A DNA stretch of 47,617 nucleotides from the NCBI RefSeq assembly GCF_006345805.1, contig NW_021834577.1, positions 1 to 47,617 of the forward strand, given 5' to 3'. Origin of the DNA: Octopus sinensis (Eukaryota). Made by a program: the position numbers and the translations under genes. The stretch's first letter is position 1; each line of letters opens with the position of its first letter. Of this stretch, positions 26,428 to 37,025 are shown piece after piece. The notes under the pieces were generated by a model. It did not search any database. It saw only the letters and a program-made list of their open reading frames with translations, and was not told the origin of the DNA.

Positions 26428-26607
26428 CTAAGCAATAAGGGTTTAGCAACGAGTTGCCTTACCACATACGAATTAGAATAGCATAAGTTAAATAGGGGTT
26501 AGGGTTATAGCTATTCTACTAAAAGGGATCTCAGTAAACAACAGCATTGGAAGGCACAAACAGGTAAGAGATGAATTGACTGCAATCTATCATACATTTT
26601 TTAGTTA

Positions 26608-26718
26608 TCCACGGACGTACGTTTCGAATCAAGTTTTAAGGAAAGCATACGAAAAATATTAAATATTAAATAATAAATAATTCTATCTCACCGAAACTTC
26701 TTTTCTCTTCAGCGTAGA
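26608..26718 (-). ncRNA. Type I hammerhead ribozyme, array unit 1
   Basis: Minus strand UCUACG-CUGAAGA-stem II-GAAAC-GUAC-GUC|CGUGGA; predicted cleavage between 26614 and 26613. One base is missing at the foot of stem II relative to the other units. Confidence 0.75.
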
Positions 26719-27201
26719 ATACTATAATCATAAATGATTATATATTGAATTGAGATACCAGAAGGCACCAACTCCACTCAGTATCAGAGCGAGCTAGAAC
26801 CCGCAACTGGTATCACCGAATTCAATTTGTGAATGAAACGATTGTGTCAACAGCCCCTTCCCACCCGCGGTTCCAAAACAAGATGCTGTGGTCATCTACT
26901 GAGATAAAATATGTTTATCCGTAATAATGAAGGGTGAAATTAATTAATTTGGAAAAATTATCAATTACACCAGTAGTCTTCGGCATGTAAAAGCCTCATT
27001 CGAGGAAAATTTAAGTAATACTAAGCAATAAGGGTTTAGCAACGAGTTGCCTTACCACATACCGAATTTAGAAATAGCAGTCAAAGGGTATAGCTATTTC
27101 TTCTACTAAAAAGGGAGATCTCAGTAAAAACAGCATTTGGAAGGCACAAACAGGTAAGAGAGAATGAATTGACTGCAATCTATCATACATTTTTTTAGTT
27201 A

Positions 27202-27314
27202 TCCACGGACGTACGTTTCGAAATCAAGTTTTAAGGAAAGCATACGAATTAAATATTAATATTAAATAATAAATAATTCTATCTTACCGAAACTTCTTTT
27301 CTCTTCAGCGTAGA
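27202..27314 (-). ncRNA. Type I hammerhead ribozyme, array unit 2
   Basis: Same motif with intact core; predicted cleavage 27208/27207. Confidence 0.85.
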
Positions 27315-27802
27315 ATACTATAATCATAAATGATTATATATTGAATTTTGAGATACCAGAAGGCACCAACTCCACTCAGTATCAGAGCGAGCTAGAACCC
27401 GCAACTGGTATCACCGAATTCAATTTGTGAATGAAACGATTGTGTCAACAGCCCCTTCCCACCCGCGTGTAGCCAAAACAAGATGCTGTGGTCATCTACT
27501 GAGATAAAATATGGTTATCCGTAATAATGAAGGGTGAAATTAATTAATTGGAAAATTATCAATTACACCAAGTAGTCTTCGGCATGTAAAAGCCTCATTC
27601 GAGGAAAATTTAAGTAATACTAAGCAATAAGGGTTTAGCAACGAGTTGCCTTACCACATACCGAATTTAGAAATAGCAGTCAAGGGTTATAGCTATTTCT
27701 TCTACTAAAAAGGGAGATCTCAGTAAAAAAAACAGCATTTGGAAGGCACAAACAGGTAAGAGAGAATGAATTGACTGCAATCTATCATACATTTTTTAGT
27801 TA

Positions 27803-27916
27803 TCCACGGACGTACGTTTCGAAATCAAGTTTTAAGGAAAGCATACGAATTAAATATTAAATATTAAATAATAAATAATTCTATCTTACCGAAACTTCTT
27901 TTCTCTTCAGCGTAGA
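27803..27916 (-). ncRNA. Type I hammerhead ribozyme, array unit 3 (reference copy)
   Basis: Stem I 5' UCUACG 27916-27911; CUGAAGA 27910-27904; stem II 27903-27821 (GAAA/UUUC, 2x2 loop, AAGUUU/AAACUU); GAAAC 27820-27816; GUAC 27815-27812; GUC 27811-27809; stem I 3' CGUGGA 27808-27803. Confidence 0.85.
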
Positions 27917-28404
27917 ATACTATAATCATAAATGATTATATATTGAATTTTGAGATACCAGAAGGCACCAACTCCACTCAGTATCAGAGCGAGCTAGAAC
28001 CCGCAACTGGTATCACCGAATTCAATTTGTGAATGAAACGATTGTGTCAACAGCCCCTTCCCACCCGCGTGTAGCCAAAACAAGATGCTGTGGTCATCTA
28101 CTGAGATAAAATATGGTTATCCGTAATAATGAAGGGTGAAATTAATTAATTTGGAAAAATTATCAATTACACCAAGTAGTCTTCGGCATGTAAAAGCCTC
28201 ATTCGAGGAAAATTTAAGTAATACTAAGCAATAAGGGTTTAGCAACGAGTTGCCTTACCACATACCGAATTTAGAAATAGCAGTCAAAGGGTTATAGCTA
28301 TTTCTTCTACTAAAAAGGAGATCTCAGTAAAAACAGCATTTGGAAGGCACAAACAGGTAAGAGAGAATGAATTGACTGCAATCTATCATACATTTTTTTA
28401 GTTA

Positions 28405-28518
28405 TCCACGGACGTACGTTTCGAAATCAAGTTTTAAGGAAAGCATACGAATAAATATTAAATATTAAATAATAAATAATTCTATCTTACCGAAACTTCT
28501 TTTCTCTCTCAGCGTAGA
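28405..28518 (-). ncRNA. Hammerhead ribozyme, array unit 4 (core disrupted by 1-nt insertion)
   Basis: Plus strand reads TTTCTCTCTCAG instead of TTTCTCTTCAG, so the core reads CUGAGAG. This is either a real inactivating change or a sequencing error. Confidence 0.6.
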
Positions 28519-29004
28519 ATACTATAATCATAAATGATTATATATTGATTTTGAGATACCAGAAGGCACCAACTCACTCAGTATCAGAGCGAGCTAGAAC
28601 CCGCAACTGGTATCACCGAATTCAATTTGTGAATGAAACGATTGTGTCAACAGCCCCTTCCCACCCGCGTGTAGCCAAAACAAGATGCTGTGGTCATCTA
28701 CTGAGATAAAATATGGTTATCCGTAATAATGAAGGGTGAAATTAATTAATTTGGAAAAATTATCAATTACACCAAGTAGTCTTCGGCATGTAAAAGCCTC
28801 ATTCGAGGAAAATTTAAGTAATACTAAGCAATAAGGGTTTAGCAACGAGTTGCCTTACCACATACCGAATTTAGAATAGCAGTCAAAGGGTTATAAGCTA
28901 TTTCTTCTACTAAAAAGGGAGATCTCAGTAAAAACAGCATTTGGAAGGCACAAACAGGTAAGAGAGAATGAATTGACTGCAATCTATCATACATTTTTTA
29001 GTTA

Positions 29005-29119
29005 TCCACGGACGTACGTTTCGAAATCAAGTTTTAAGGAAGCATACGAATTAATATTAAATATTAATATAAATAATTCTATCTTACCGAAACTTCTTTT
29101 CTCTTCTCTTCAGCGTAGA
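29005..29119 (-). ncRNA. Type I hammerhead ribozyme, array unit 5
   Basis: Core intact; 5-bp CTCTT duplication at the start of stem II; predicted cleavage 29011/29010. Confidence 0.75.
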
Positions 29120-29606
29120 ATACTATAATCATAAATGATTATATATTGAATTTTGAGATACCAGAAGGCACCAACTCCACTCAGTATCAGAGCGAGCTAG
29201 AACCCGCAACTGGTATCACCGAATTCAATTTGTGAATGAAACGATTGTGTCAACAGCCCCTTCCCACCCGCGTGTAGCCAAAACAAGATGCTGTGGTCAT
29301 CTACTGAGATAAAATATGGTTATCCGTAATAATGAAGGGTGAAATTAATTAATTTGGAAAAATTATCAATTACACCAAGTAGTCTTCGGCATGTAAAAGC
29401 CTCATTCGAGGAAAATTTAAGTAATACTAAGCAATAAGGGTTTAGCAACGAGTTGCCTTACCACATACCGAATTTAGAAATAGCAGTCAAAGGGTTATAG
29501 CTATTTCTCTACTAAAAAGGGAGATCTCAGTAAAAACAGCATTTGGAAGGCACAAACAGTAAGAGAGAATGAATTGACTGCAATCTATCATACATTTTTT
29601 TAGTTA

Positions 29607-29720
29607 TCCACGGACGTACGTTTCGAAATCAAGTTTTAAGGAAAGCATACGAATTAAATATTAAATATTAAATAATAAATAATTCTATCTTACCGAAACT
29701 TCTTTTCTCTTCAGCGTAGA
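29607..29720 (-). ncRNA. Type I hammerhead ribozyme, array unit 6
   Basis: Intact motif; predicted cleavage 29613/29612. Confidence 0.85.
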
Positions 29721-30208
29721 ATACTATAATCATAAATGATTATATATTGAATTTTGAGATACCAGAAGGCACCAACTCCACTCAGTATCAGAGCGAGCTA
29801 GAACCCGCAACTGGTATCACCGAATTCAATTTGTGAATGAAACGATTGTGTCAACAGCCCCTTCCCACCCGCGTGTAGCCAAAACAAGATGCTGTGGTCA
29901 TCTACTGAGATAAAATATGGTTATCCGTAATAATGAAGGGTGAAATTAATTAATTTGAAAAATTATCAATTACACCAAGTAGTCTTCGGCATGTAAAAGC
30001 CTCATTCGAGGAAAATTTAAGTAATACTAAGCAATAAGGGTTTAGCAACGAGTTGCCTTACCACATACCGAATTTAGAAATAGCAGTCAAAGGGTTATAG
30101 CTATTTCTTCTACTAAAAAGGGAGATCTCAGTAAAAACAGCATTTGGAAGGCACAAACAGGTAAGAGAGAATGAATTGACTGCAATCTATCATACATTTT
30201 TTTAGTTA

Positions 30209-30315
30209 TCCACGGACGTACGTTTCGAAATCAAGTTTTAAGGAAAGCATACGAATTAAATATTAAATAATAAATAATTCTATCTTACCGAAACTTCTTT
30301 TCTCTTCAGCGTAGA
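30209..30315 (-). ncRNA. Type I hammerhead ribozyme, array unit 7
   Basis: Intact motif with a slightly shorter AT-rich stem II loop; predicted cleavage 30215/30214. Confidence 0.85.
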
Positions 30316-30804
30316 ATACTATAATCATAAATGATTATATATTGAATTTTGAGATACCAGAAGGCACCAACTCCACTCAGTATCAGAGCGAGCTAGAACC
30401 CGCAACTGGTATCACCGAATTCAATTTGTGAATGAAACGATTGTGTCAACAGCCCCTTCCCACCCGCGTGTAGCCAAAACAAGATGCTGTGGTCATCTAC
30501 TGAGATAAAATATGGTTATCCGTAATAATGAAGGGTGAAATTAATTAATTTGGAAAAATTATCAATTACACCAAGTAGTCTTCGGCATGTAAAAGCCTCA
30601 TTCGAGGAAAATTTAAGTAATACTAAGCAATAAGGGTTTAGCAACGAGTTGCCTTACCACATACCGAATTTAGAAATAGCAGTCAAAGGGTTATAGCTAT
30701 TTCTTCTACTAAAAAGGGAGATCTCAGTAAAAACAGCATTTGGAAGGCACAAACAGGTAAGAGAGAATGAATTGACTGCAATCTATCATACATTTTTTTA
30801 GTTA

Positions 30805-30919
30805 TCCACGGACGTACGTTTCGAAATCAAGTTTTAAGGAAAGCATAACGAATTAAATATTAAATATTAAATAATAAATAATTCTATCTTACCGAAACTT
30901 CTTTTCTCTTCAGCGTAGA
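30805..30919 (-). ncRNA. Type I hammerhead ribozyme, array unit 8
   Basis: Intact motif; predicted cleavage 30811/30810. Confidence 0.85.
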
Positions 30920-31436
30920 ATACTATAATCATAAATGATTATATATTGAATTTTGAGATACCAGAAGGCACCAACTCCACTCAGTATCAGAGCGAGCTAG
31001 AACCCGCAACTGGTATCACCGAATTCAATTTGTGAATGAAACGATTGTGTCAACAGCCCCTTCCCACCCGCGTGTAGCCAAAACAAGATGCTGTGGTCAT
31101 CTACTGAGATAAAATATGGTTATCCGTAATAATGAAGGGTGAAATTAATTAATTTGGAAAAATTATCAATTACACCAAGTAGTCTTCGGCATGTAAAAGC
31201 CTCATTCGAGGAAAATTTAAGTAATACTAAGCAATAAGGGTTTAGCAACGAGTTGCCTTACCACATACCGAATTTAGAAATAGCAGTCAAGGGTTATAGC
31301 TATTTCTTCTACTAAAAAGGGAGATCTCAGTAAAAACAGCATTTGGAAGGCACAACAGGTAGAGAGAATGAATTGACTGCAATCTATCATACATTTTTTA
31401 GTTATCCACGGACGTACGTTTCGAAATCAAGTTTTA

Positions 31437-31506
<70 letters not shown>

Positions 31507-31925
31507 AGCATGTGTGTACCTTATTGACATATGTATGTGAATACAAATTTACACACATATATATCTCCATATATACGTACATACATAAGTATATAAATAG
31601 ATTAGAAAAGCAAGATGTTTTTATTCTAGAACTCTGCAAATATTTGTTAAAAACAGCCAAAGAAAAACATCGATTAAGTCAATGATAATCGTATTAAATT
31701 TAACAATGTAACACTCCGAAACTTAAAGTACATTCTTTTCTCGAAGTTGAGAACCTAATAATGACTAATTTAATTAGAATAAATAACCAAAAAAGATCCC
31801 TTTGTTAGATTCCAGCTTCATGTTTGCGGTGAATGTAAATAAATCACAGCGAACAGATTTACCTGTAGATTCAGAGGCGCGTACCTTTGCTTTCAGATGC
31901 GTATATCTGAAACGAAACAAAAAAA

Positions 31926-32245
31926 GGAGGAGTGGCTCTGTGGTAAGCAACTTGCTTACCAATCTCATAGTTCCGGGTTCAGTCCCACTGTATGGCACCT
32001 TCTGCTATAGCCTCGGGCCGACCAAATCCTTGTGAGCGGATTTGGTAGACGGAAACTGAAAGACGTCCGCGTATGTGTATATGTGTGTATGTGTTTGTAT
32101 GTCTGTTTTGTCCCCCCAACATCGGTTGACAACCGATGCTGATGTGTTTACGTTCCCGTAACTTAGCGGTTCGACAAAAGAGACTGATAGAATAAATATG
32201 AGGCTTACAAAGAATAAGTCCTGGTGTCGATTTTCTCGACTAAAA
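31926..32245 (+). mobile_element. SINE family A, partially deleted
   Basis: Homologous head and body. Confidence 0.85.
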
Positions 32246-32966
32246 ATTCAACGGTTTAATGGTAGAAGAATTGTTTGGAAATTCTTTGTATACCGTTGGA
32301 GAACCGGCCGCAGAAACGCTAAACAGCAAATTCTAAAAGATTGTCTTATCAGATAGTAACTGTTTCTTCAGTTCAAGAATGAAGAACACCGATTTGCCAA
32401 ATTCAATGCAATGCTGAGCTAATTACAAAATGAAGTTATGTTATGTTTCTTCCACATCTGATTTCAGATATTACTGTAATTTACTTTTTCAAATACTGAA
32501 GGTTTTTTTCCTTATCTCAAGGTCAACCTTAATAACCCACATCTATGGTCAATGGATTTCCTGATCCAAATCTCATATCATTGTCCAAGTATCATCTAAG
32601 ATATTCTACGTATGTTCTAAAGGAGATTTGACTGTTGTTCGATCTGTCGCTGAAACACTCATGGTGCCCTTATCTACTCATGTTTCTACTGTGTTGTGTC
32701 CAAAACCTGCGTGTACCGCACTCACCTCCATGCACACGTTTTTCCCAGAGCAACGGTTCATGTCTTTCCTAGAGTCGCAGGGAGCCGAATCAGAACTGTG
32801 TTAAATGATTATATATACAACTCCTAATAAATGTGGAGCGTACTTTTCTTTCGTTTGACAACTCACACGTATAAATACATGCATAGTTACATATATACAT
32901 ATCTTGTCTTCTCCAGCGCCTTGATTTGAATCCTCTCTGTCTCTATAATCTCTCTAATAGATATAC

Positions 32967-33035
<69 letters not shown>

Positions 33036-33129
33036 CAAATGCATATATATGTATCCATATTTATCTACTATACACACATTAAAAGTAATGATGGTTTCAA
33101 ATTTTGGCGGAAGGTCAATGATTTTGGGG

Positions 33130-33260
33130 CTGGAGTAACTCGATTACTTCGGTCCCATGGGTACTTAGTTCATGGACCTGATAGGAAAAAAAGTTGAACT
33201 CGGCGGAATTTGAACTCAGAACCAGACGGATGAAATGCCACTGAGCTTCTTTTTCTCCGC
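33130..33260 (-). mobile_element. SINE family B variant, diverged fragment
   Basis: CTCGGCGGAATTTGAACTCAGAAC motif. Confidence 0.65.
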
Positions 33261-34160
33261 CTATTTTAATTTGGACATCATCTCACCGATATAATTCTCA
33301 ACAGTCTTGACGTATCTGCAAAGCCTATGGCCCCAGGCCTTTCTTTGACTCGCGGCAAATTAAAGAAAAAAAGAATGCTATCTACTCTGAGTTTTCGTCG
33401 TTAGCTCTTACATAATGCTCCATTGTAAGCGCATCCACTTGATATTTGCTTTGTATTATGCTAGCATTGAAGACATAAGTACATGTTAAGTATTTGTATG
33501 GATTCAGTAGATATCGCTTCTCCAAAATATGCGAAGTTTATATTTGTTAGAAATCGTTATTATTCTTTCTTTAGTACATTATGCCGAATACTATAGAGAA
33601 CGTTTTTTATGGAACTCTATGCATTCATCTTCACTCTGGAAAAAAAATATAAAAACATATGTCTTAAAGAAATCGATACATTTCCATAGGTTTCCGACAA
33701 TTCGCTTGTCAGATGTGATTATATTCCAATAACTTTTACTTTAAAATCACTTGTAAAAAGCAACGAGTTGAGAGATTCAAGAGTAAGAAATGTCAGCAGT
33801 GTGATAATTCCATAGAATAATACATATATGGAATGGCGTATCTGCTGACAACTCTTCTGAGGATTTGATGCAAATTGAAGATAAAATGTCTTGAAGTATT
33901 CTGACGTGATTTTTCATAATTGAAGGTCTGTCACGACTTGTCAACATCAGGTCTAGAGAATAACTGTGCATTTTAGTATATATATATATTATATATATAT
34001 ATATATATATGTGGTGTGTGTGTGTGTTGTGTGTGTGTGTGTGGTGTGTGTGTGTATGTATGTATATATATGTGTATATACATATATATATTTGTGTATG
34101 TGTATGTATTGATACGTGGTCGTGCCTATGTACATATTAAACACAAATACACGCACACAA

Positions 34161-34210
<50 letters not shown>

Positions 34211-34874
34211 TGTGTATGTGTGTGTATTGATGTGTGGTCGTGCCTGTATATGTACATATTAAAAACAAACACACGCACACGCACATATATAGATATTTAC
34301 CAGTGACGTGAAAATCAGGATATATATATCTAGTGTGAGCGAACTCTCCTTTATTGTTGAGTTATTTCTGTAGCCTCCTGTTCATGCCTGAGTAATCCAG
34401 CTGATTTGTCGTATAATAGATAGGTTTATGGAGTTAACAGCAAAATAAAATTTACACATCCATTACTTCATGCATGCCATACCTGAATTATTCTCAAGAA
34501 AAAACTATTCACCGTGGAATGGAGTAGTTATAAGTGTTGAAGTGTGGTAGTCTAGGCTTGTTTTAATGTTTTTCACCGTCTCCCCGATTTTGTATATTTG
34601 AACTAGACAAAGCTACGATCTTCCCATGACGGCTCTTCCTCGCCTGCGCTTTATTCTCCCAGAGTTTCGAGGCGAATAGATCTGTTGACGCGGCTGATAT
34701 TTTTATGGGCGTCTTCTTTTTATATTTTGGTGGATTTAGTGTTACAGAAAGAGTTATGAGAAGGTGGTTTCAGTTGTAAATTGTGGTGTTCTTCAAACCT
34801 TTTCTGTTTGTAGACTCTGTAACTGAAGATGAACCCTTCTGCTACTACAAAACATATGGCTCACATATATATTT

Positions 34875-35012
34875 ATTTACTACCCACAAGGGGCTAAACA
34901 CAGAGGTGACAAACAACAACAGACAAACGGATTAAGTCGATTACATCGACCGCAGTGCGTAACTGGTACTTAATTTATAGACCCCGAAAGGATGGAAGGC
35001 AAATTCGACCTT
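34875..35012 (-). mobile_element. SINE family B, 3' part
   Basis: Tail and central domain present, head missing. Confidence 0.85.
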
Positions 35013-35149
35013 ATATGGCTCACATATCATCTACCCGGCTGGGCTTTCATTTTCTACTTTTGTTACTATTTACGTGTTCTCGGCATGCATACAATTTGAA
35101 TTGGTGCGAAACGTATGTGCTATTTCGTATTATTTCTAGTTTACTATGA

Positions 35150-35800
35150 TCTATTTTGAGACTTTGGTAATGTATGGTATATAGGTTATTCTGTTTATTT
35201 CTTAGTACCGGGAATTCTCAGAAACTAACACTGCAATTTTTCCTTCTTTCCCAGTCTTCTTGATTGTAGGGCATATTTTTTTTTGCATTTTCTCTATGGG
35301 AAATCTTCAGGTTAATCATTCTGTTGGATACTTGAACTTCTGTTATTACTTGTAAGAGGGCTGACGCACAGTTCGATTGATGCTAATGTGAAATTGTTTT
35401 GTAACCAGAGTTCTGTATGACTGAAAAGAATATATAGCTATAGTGTGGATAAAGTGGGTGATGCTTAGTGTTATATAATTTCCACATGAAGCTGTGTATA
35501 TCTACGCATTTTACTGGAGTAGGAAGGCCATATTAGTTATAAAGTGTGAGCGATAGATCAGGTTTTAGTACGAATGTATTCTAGAAACTACACATCCTAG
35601 ATATCTTGGTGTTGTACAAAATTTAACGGGAAATATGAAATTAGTAGTTTTGCTGATGTCAGTGGTTGCTAGAGTGTTGTTTGTTGGTATTTGGAGATAT
35701 TCGTACAATGCCGAAATGTTTTCGCTGTATATAAGTTATTTTATCAAATCTTGATAAGTTAGATTTCCTCAGATATTTACTGCTAGAAATAAAGAATAAA
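35150..35800 (-). mobile_element. Possible very old CR1/L2-like RT remnant
   Basis: Only weak degenerate motifs (PRYLGCVV-like) with many stops. Confidence 0.25.
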
Positions 35801-35974
35801 TTAAAGTCATCCGTTATTTGAAAGGTTAACTAGTTATGTATCTCTTTTATTTTTCTACATTTTGTTCCCGTATTCTTTGCAAACTTTGGAAATCTACTTT
35901 ATAATACCAATGTTTTGCTCTTTCCTTACATTAGGCTTATTACGAAAATTGTTCATTTAAAGGCTGAAGTGGTG

Positions 35975-36215
35975 TTGCTTTGCTTTTTTTGGTTCCTTCT
36001 CGAGCCACGCCTGGCTCATAAGGGCCGGTTTCTCGGTTTCCCTGGCGTATAGGATCCCCACCTGGACGGGACGCTGGTCCGTCGCAATTGAGCTGCAAGA
36101 TGCAGGAGGAAAGAGCGAGAGAAATTTGTGGCGAAAGAGTCGGCAGAAGTTCGCCATTACCTTCTGCCGGAGCCGCATGGAGATTAGATGTTTCGCTCAT
36201 AAACACACACATGCT
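35975..36215 (-). mobile_element. SINE family D, diverged copy
   Basis: Homologous to 42913-43192 (GGCTCATA.GG.CCGGTTTC.CG.TTTC and TAAACACACAC motifs). Confidence 0.7.
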
Positions 36216-36540
36216 GTAATCAAGTATACATATAATGATGATTGGACTAATTTTGACCATCAATTAGGTCTGCATCAGGGATCTGACATTTTTATAACTC
36301 GTCACTTATCCCACTTCGTCGCTTTATGTAATAAGCAAACATTTCTTTTAGCTGAAAGCTTAATGACACTATAAAGACATTTCGTCAGTATAAAAAAAGA
36401 ATTCGCGTATTTTGTAGATTGACGCAAACAAAAGCAGATTTACCTTTCCTGATAAATCTGTGAACAGGAAATGCATAGTGCGCAGCAGCAGTCCAAATCT
36501 TGGAGGTGGTCAGACAAATATTAGATATTGCTTGATCTTT

Positions 36541-36765
36541 CATCTTTTACTTGTTTCCGACATTAGACTTCGATCATGCATAAACACGACAATACCTGTT
36601 GTCAAGCAATGGTAGGAGACAAACACAGACACAAAGACACACACACACATGTATATATATATATATATGACGGGTTTTATGCAGTTTCCTTCTACCAAAT
36701 CCTCTGAATGGATTTTTGTCAGGCCGAGGCCATAGTAGAAAGTAGTTACCCAAGGTGCTACGCAC
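36541..36765 (-). mobile_element. SINE family A, diverged fragment
   Basis: Tail CTTTTACTTGTTTC, TTGTCAAGCAATG and CTACCAAATCC motifs. Confidence 0.7.
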
Positions 36766-36794
36766 TAAGAAGGCATGTGATTGGTTAGTAAACT

Positions 36795-37025
36795 TCTTAT
36801 TTCTTTATTGCCTACAAGGGGCAAAACATAAAGGGGGTAAACAAGGACAAAGGGATTAATTCGATTACATTGACCACAGTGCGTAACTGGTACTTAATTT
36901 ATCGACTCCAAAATGATGAAAGGCAAAGTCGATCTCGGCGTAATTTGAACTCAGAACGTAACGGCAGACGAAATGCCGCTAAACATTTCGCCCGGCGTGC
37001 TAACGATTCTGCCAGCCCGCCGCCT
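36795..37025 (-). mobile_element. SINE family B, full length
   Basis: Homologous head and body. Confidence 0.9.

Larger units (their letters stand above)
26426..31438 (-). repeat. Tandem array of ~600-bp hammerhead-ribozyme-containing units (retrozyme-like / Penelope-like terminal repeat satellite), 8 full units + 214-bp partial
   Basis: The anchor TACTAAGCAATAAGGGTTTAGCAACGAG recurs at 26426, 27019, 27618, 28222, 28822, 29425, 30025, 30621 and 31225. Units differ mostly by small indels, and the first unit is noisier. No ATG ORF of 60 aa or more in the ORF track. Flanked by (TA)n on both sides. Confidence 0.95.

Noticed and set aside
27961-28010. Twister-like appearance of GCGGGUUCUAGCUCGC...GUGGAG on the minus strand
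   Set aside because: The upstream UAA cleavage loop and matching pseudoknot partners could not be placed.
26426-31438. Array as CRISPR, 5S rRNA, snRNA, tRNA or histone gene cluster
   Set aside because: There are no unique spacers, no match by eye to 5S, U1, U2, U6 or tRNA consensus sequences, and no ATG-initiated ORF; open stretches are ~50 codons or less.
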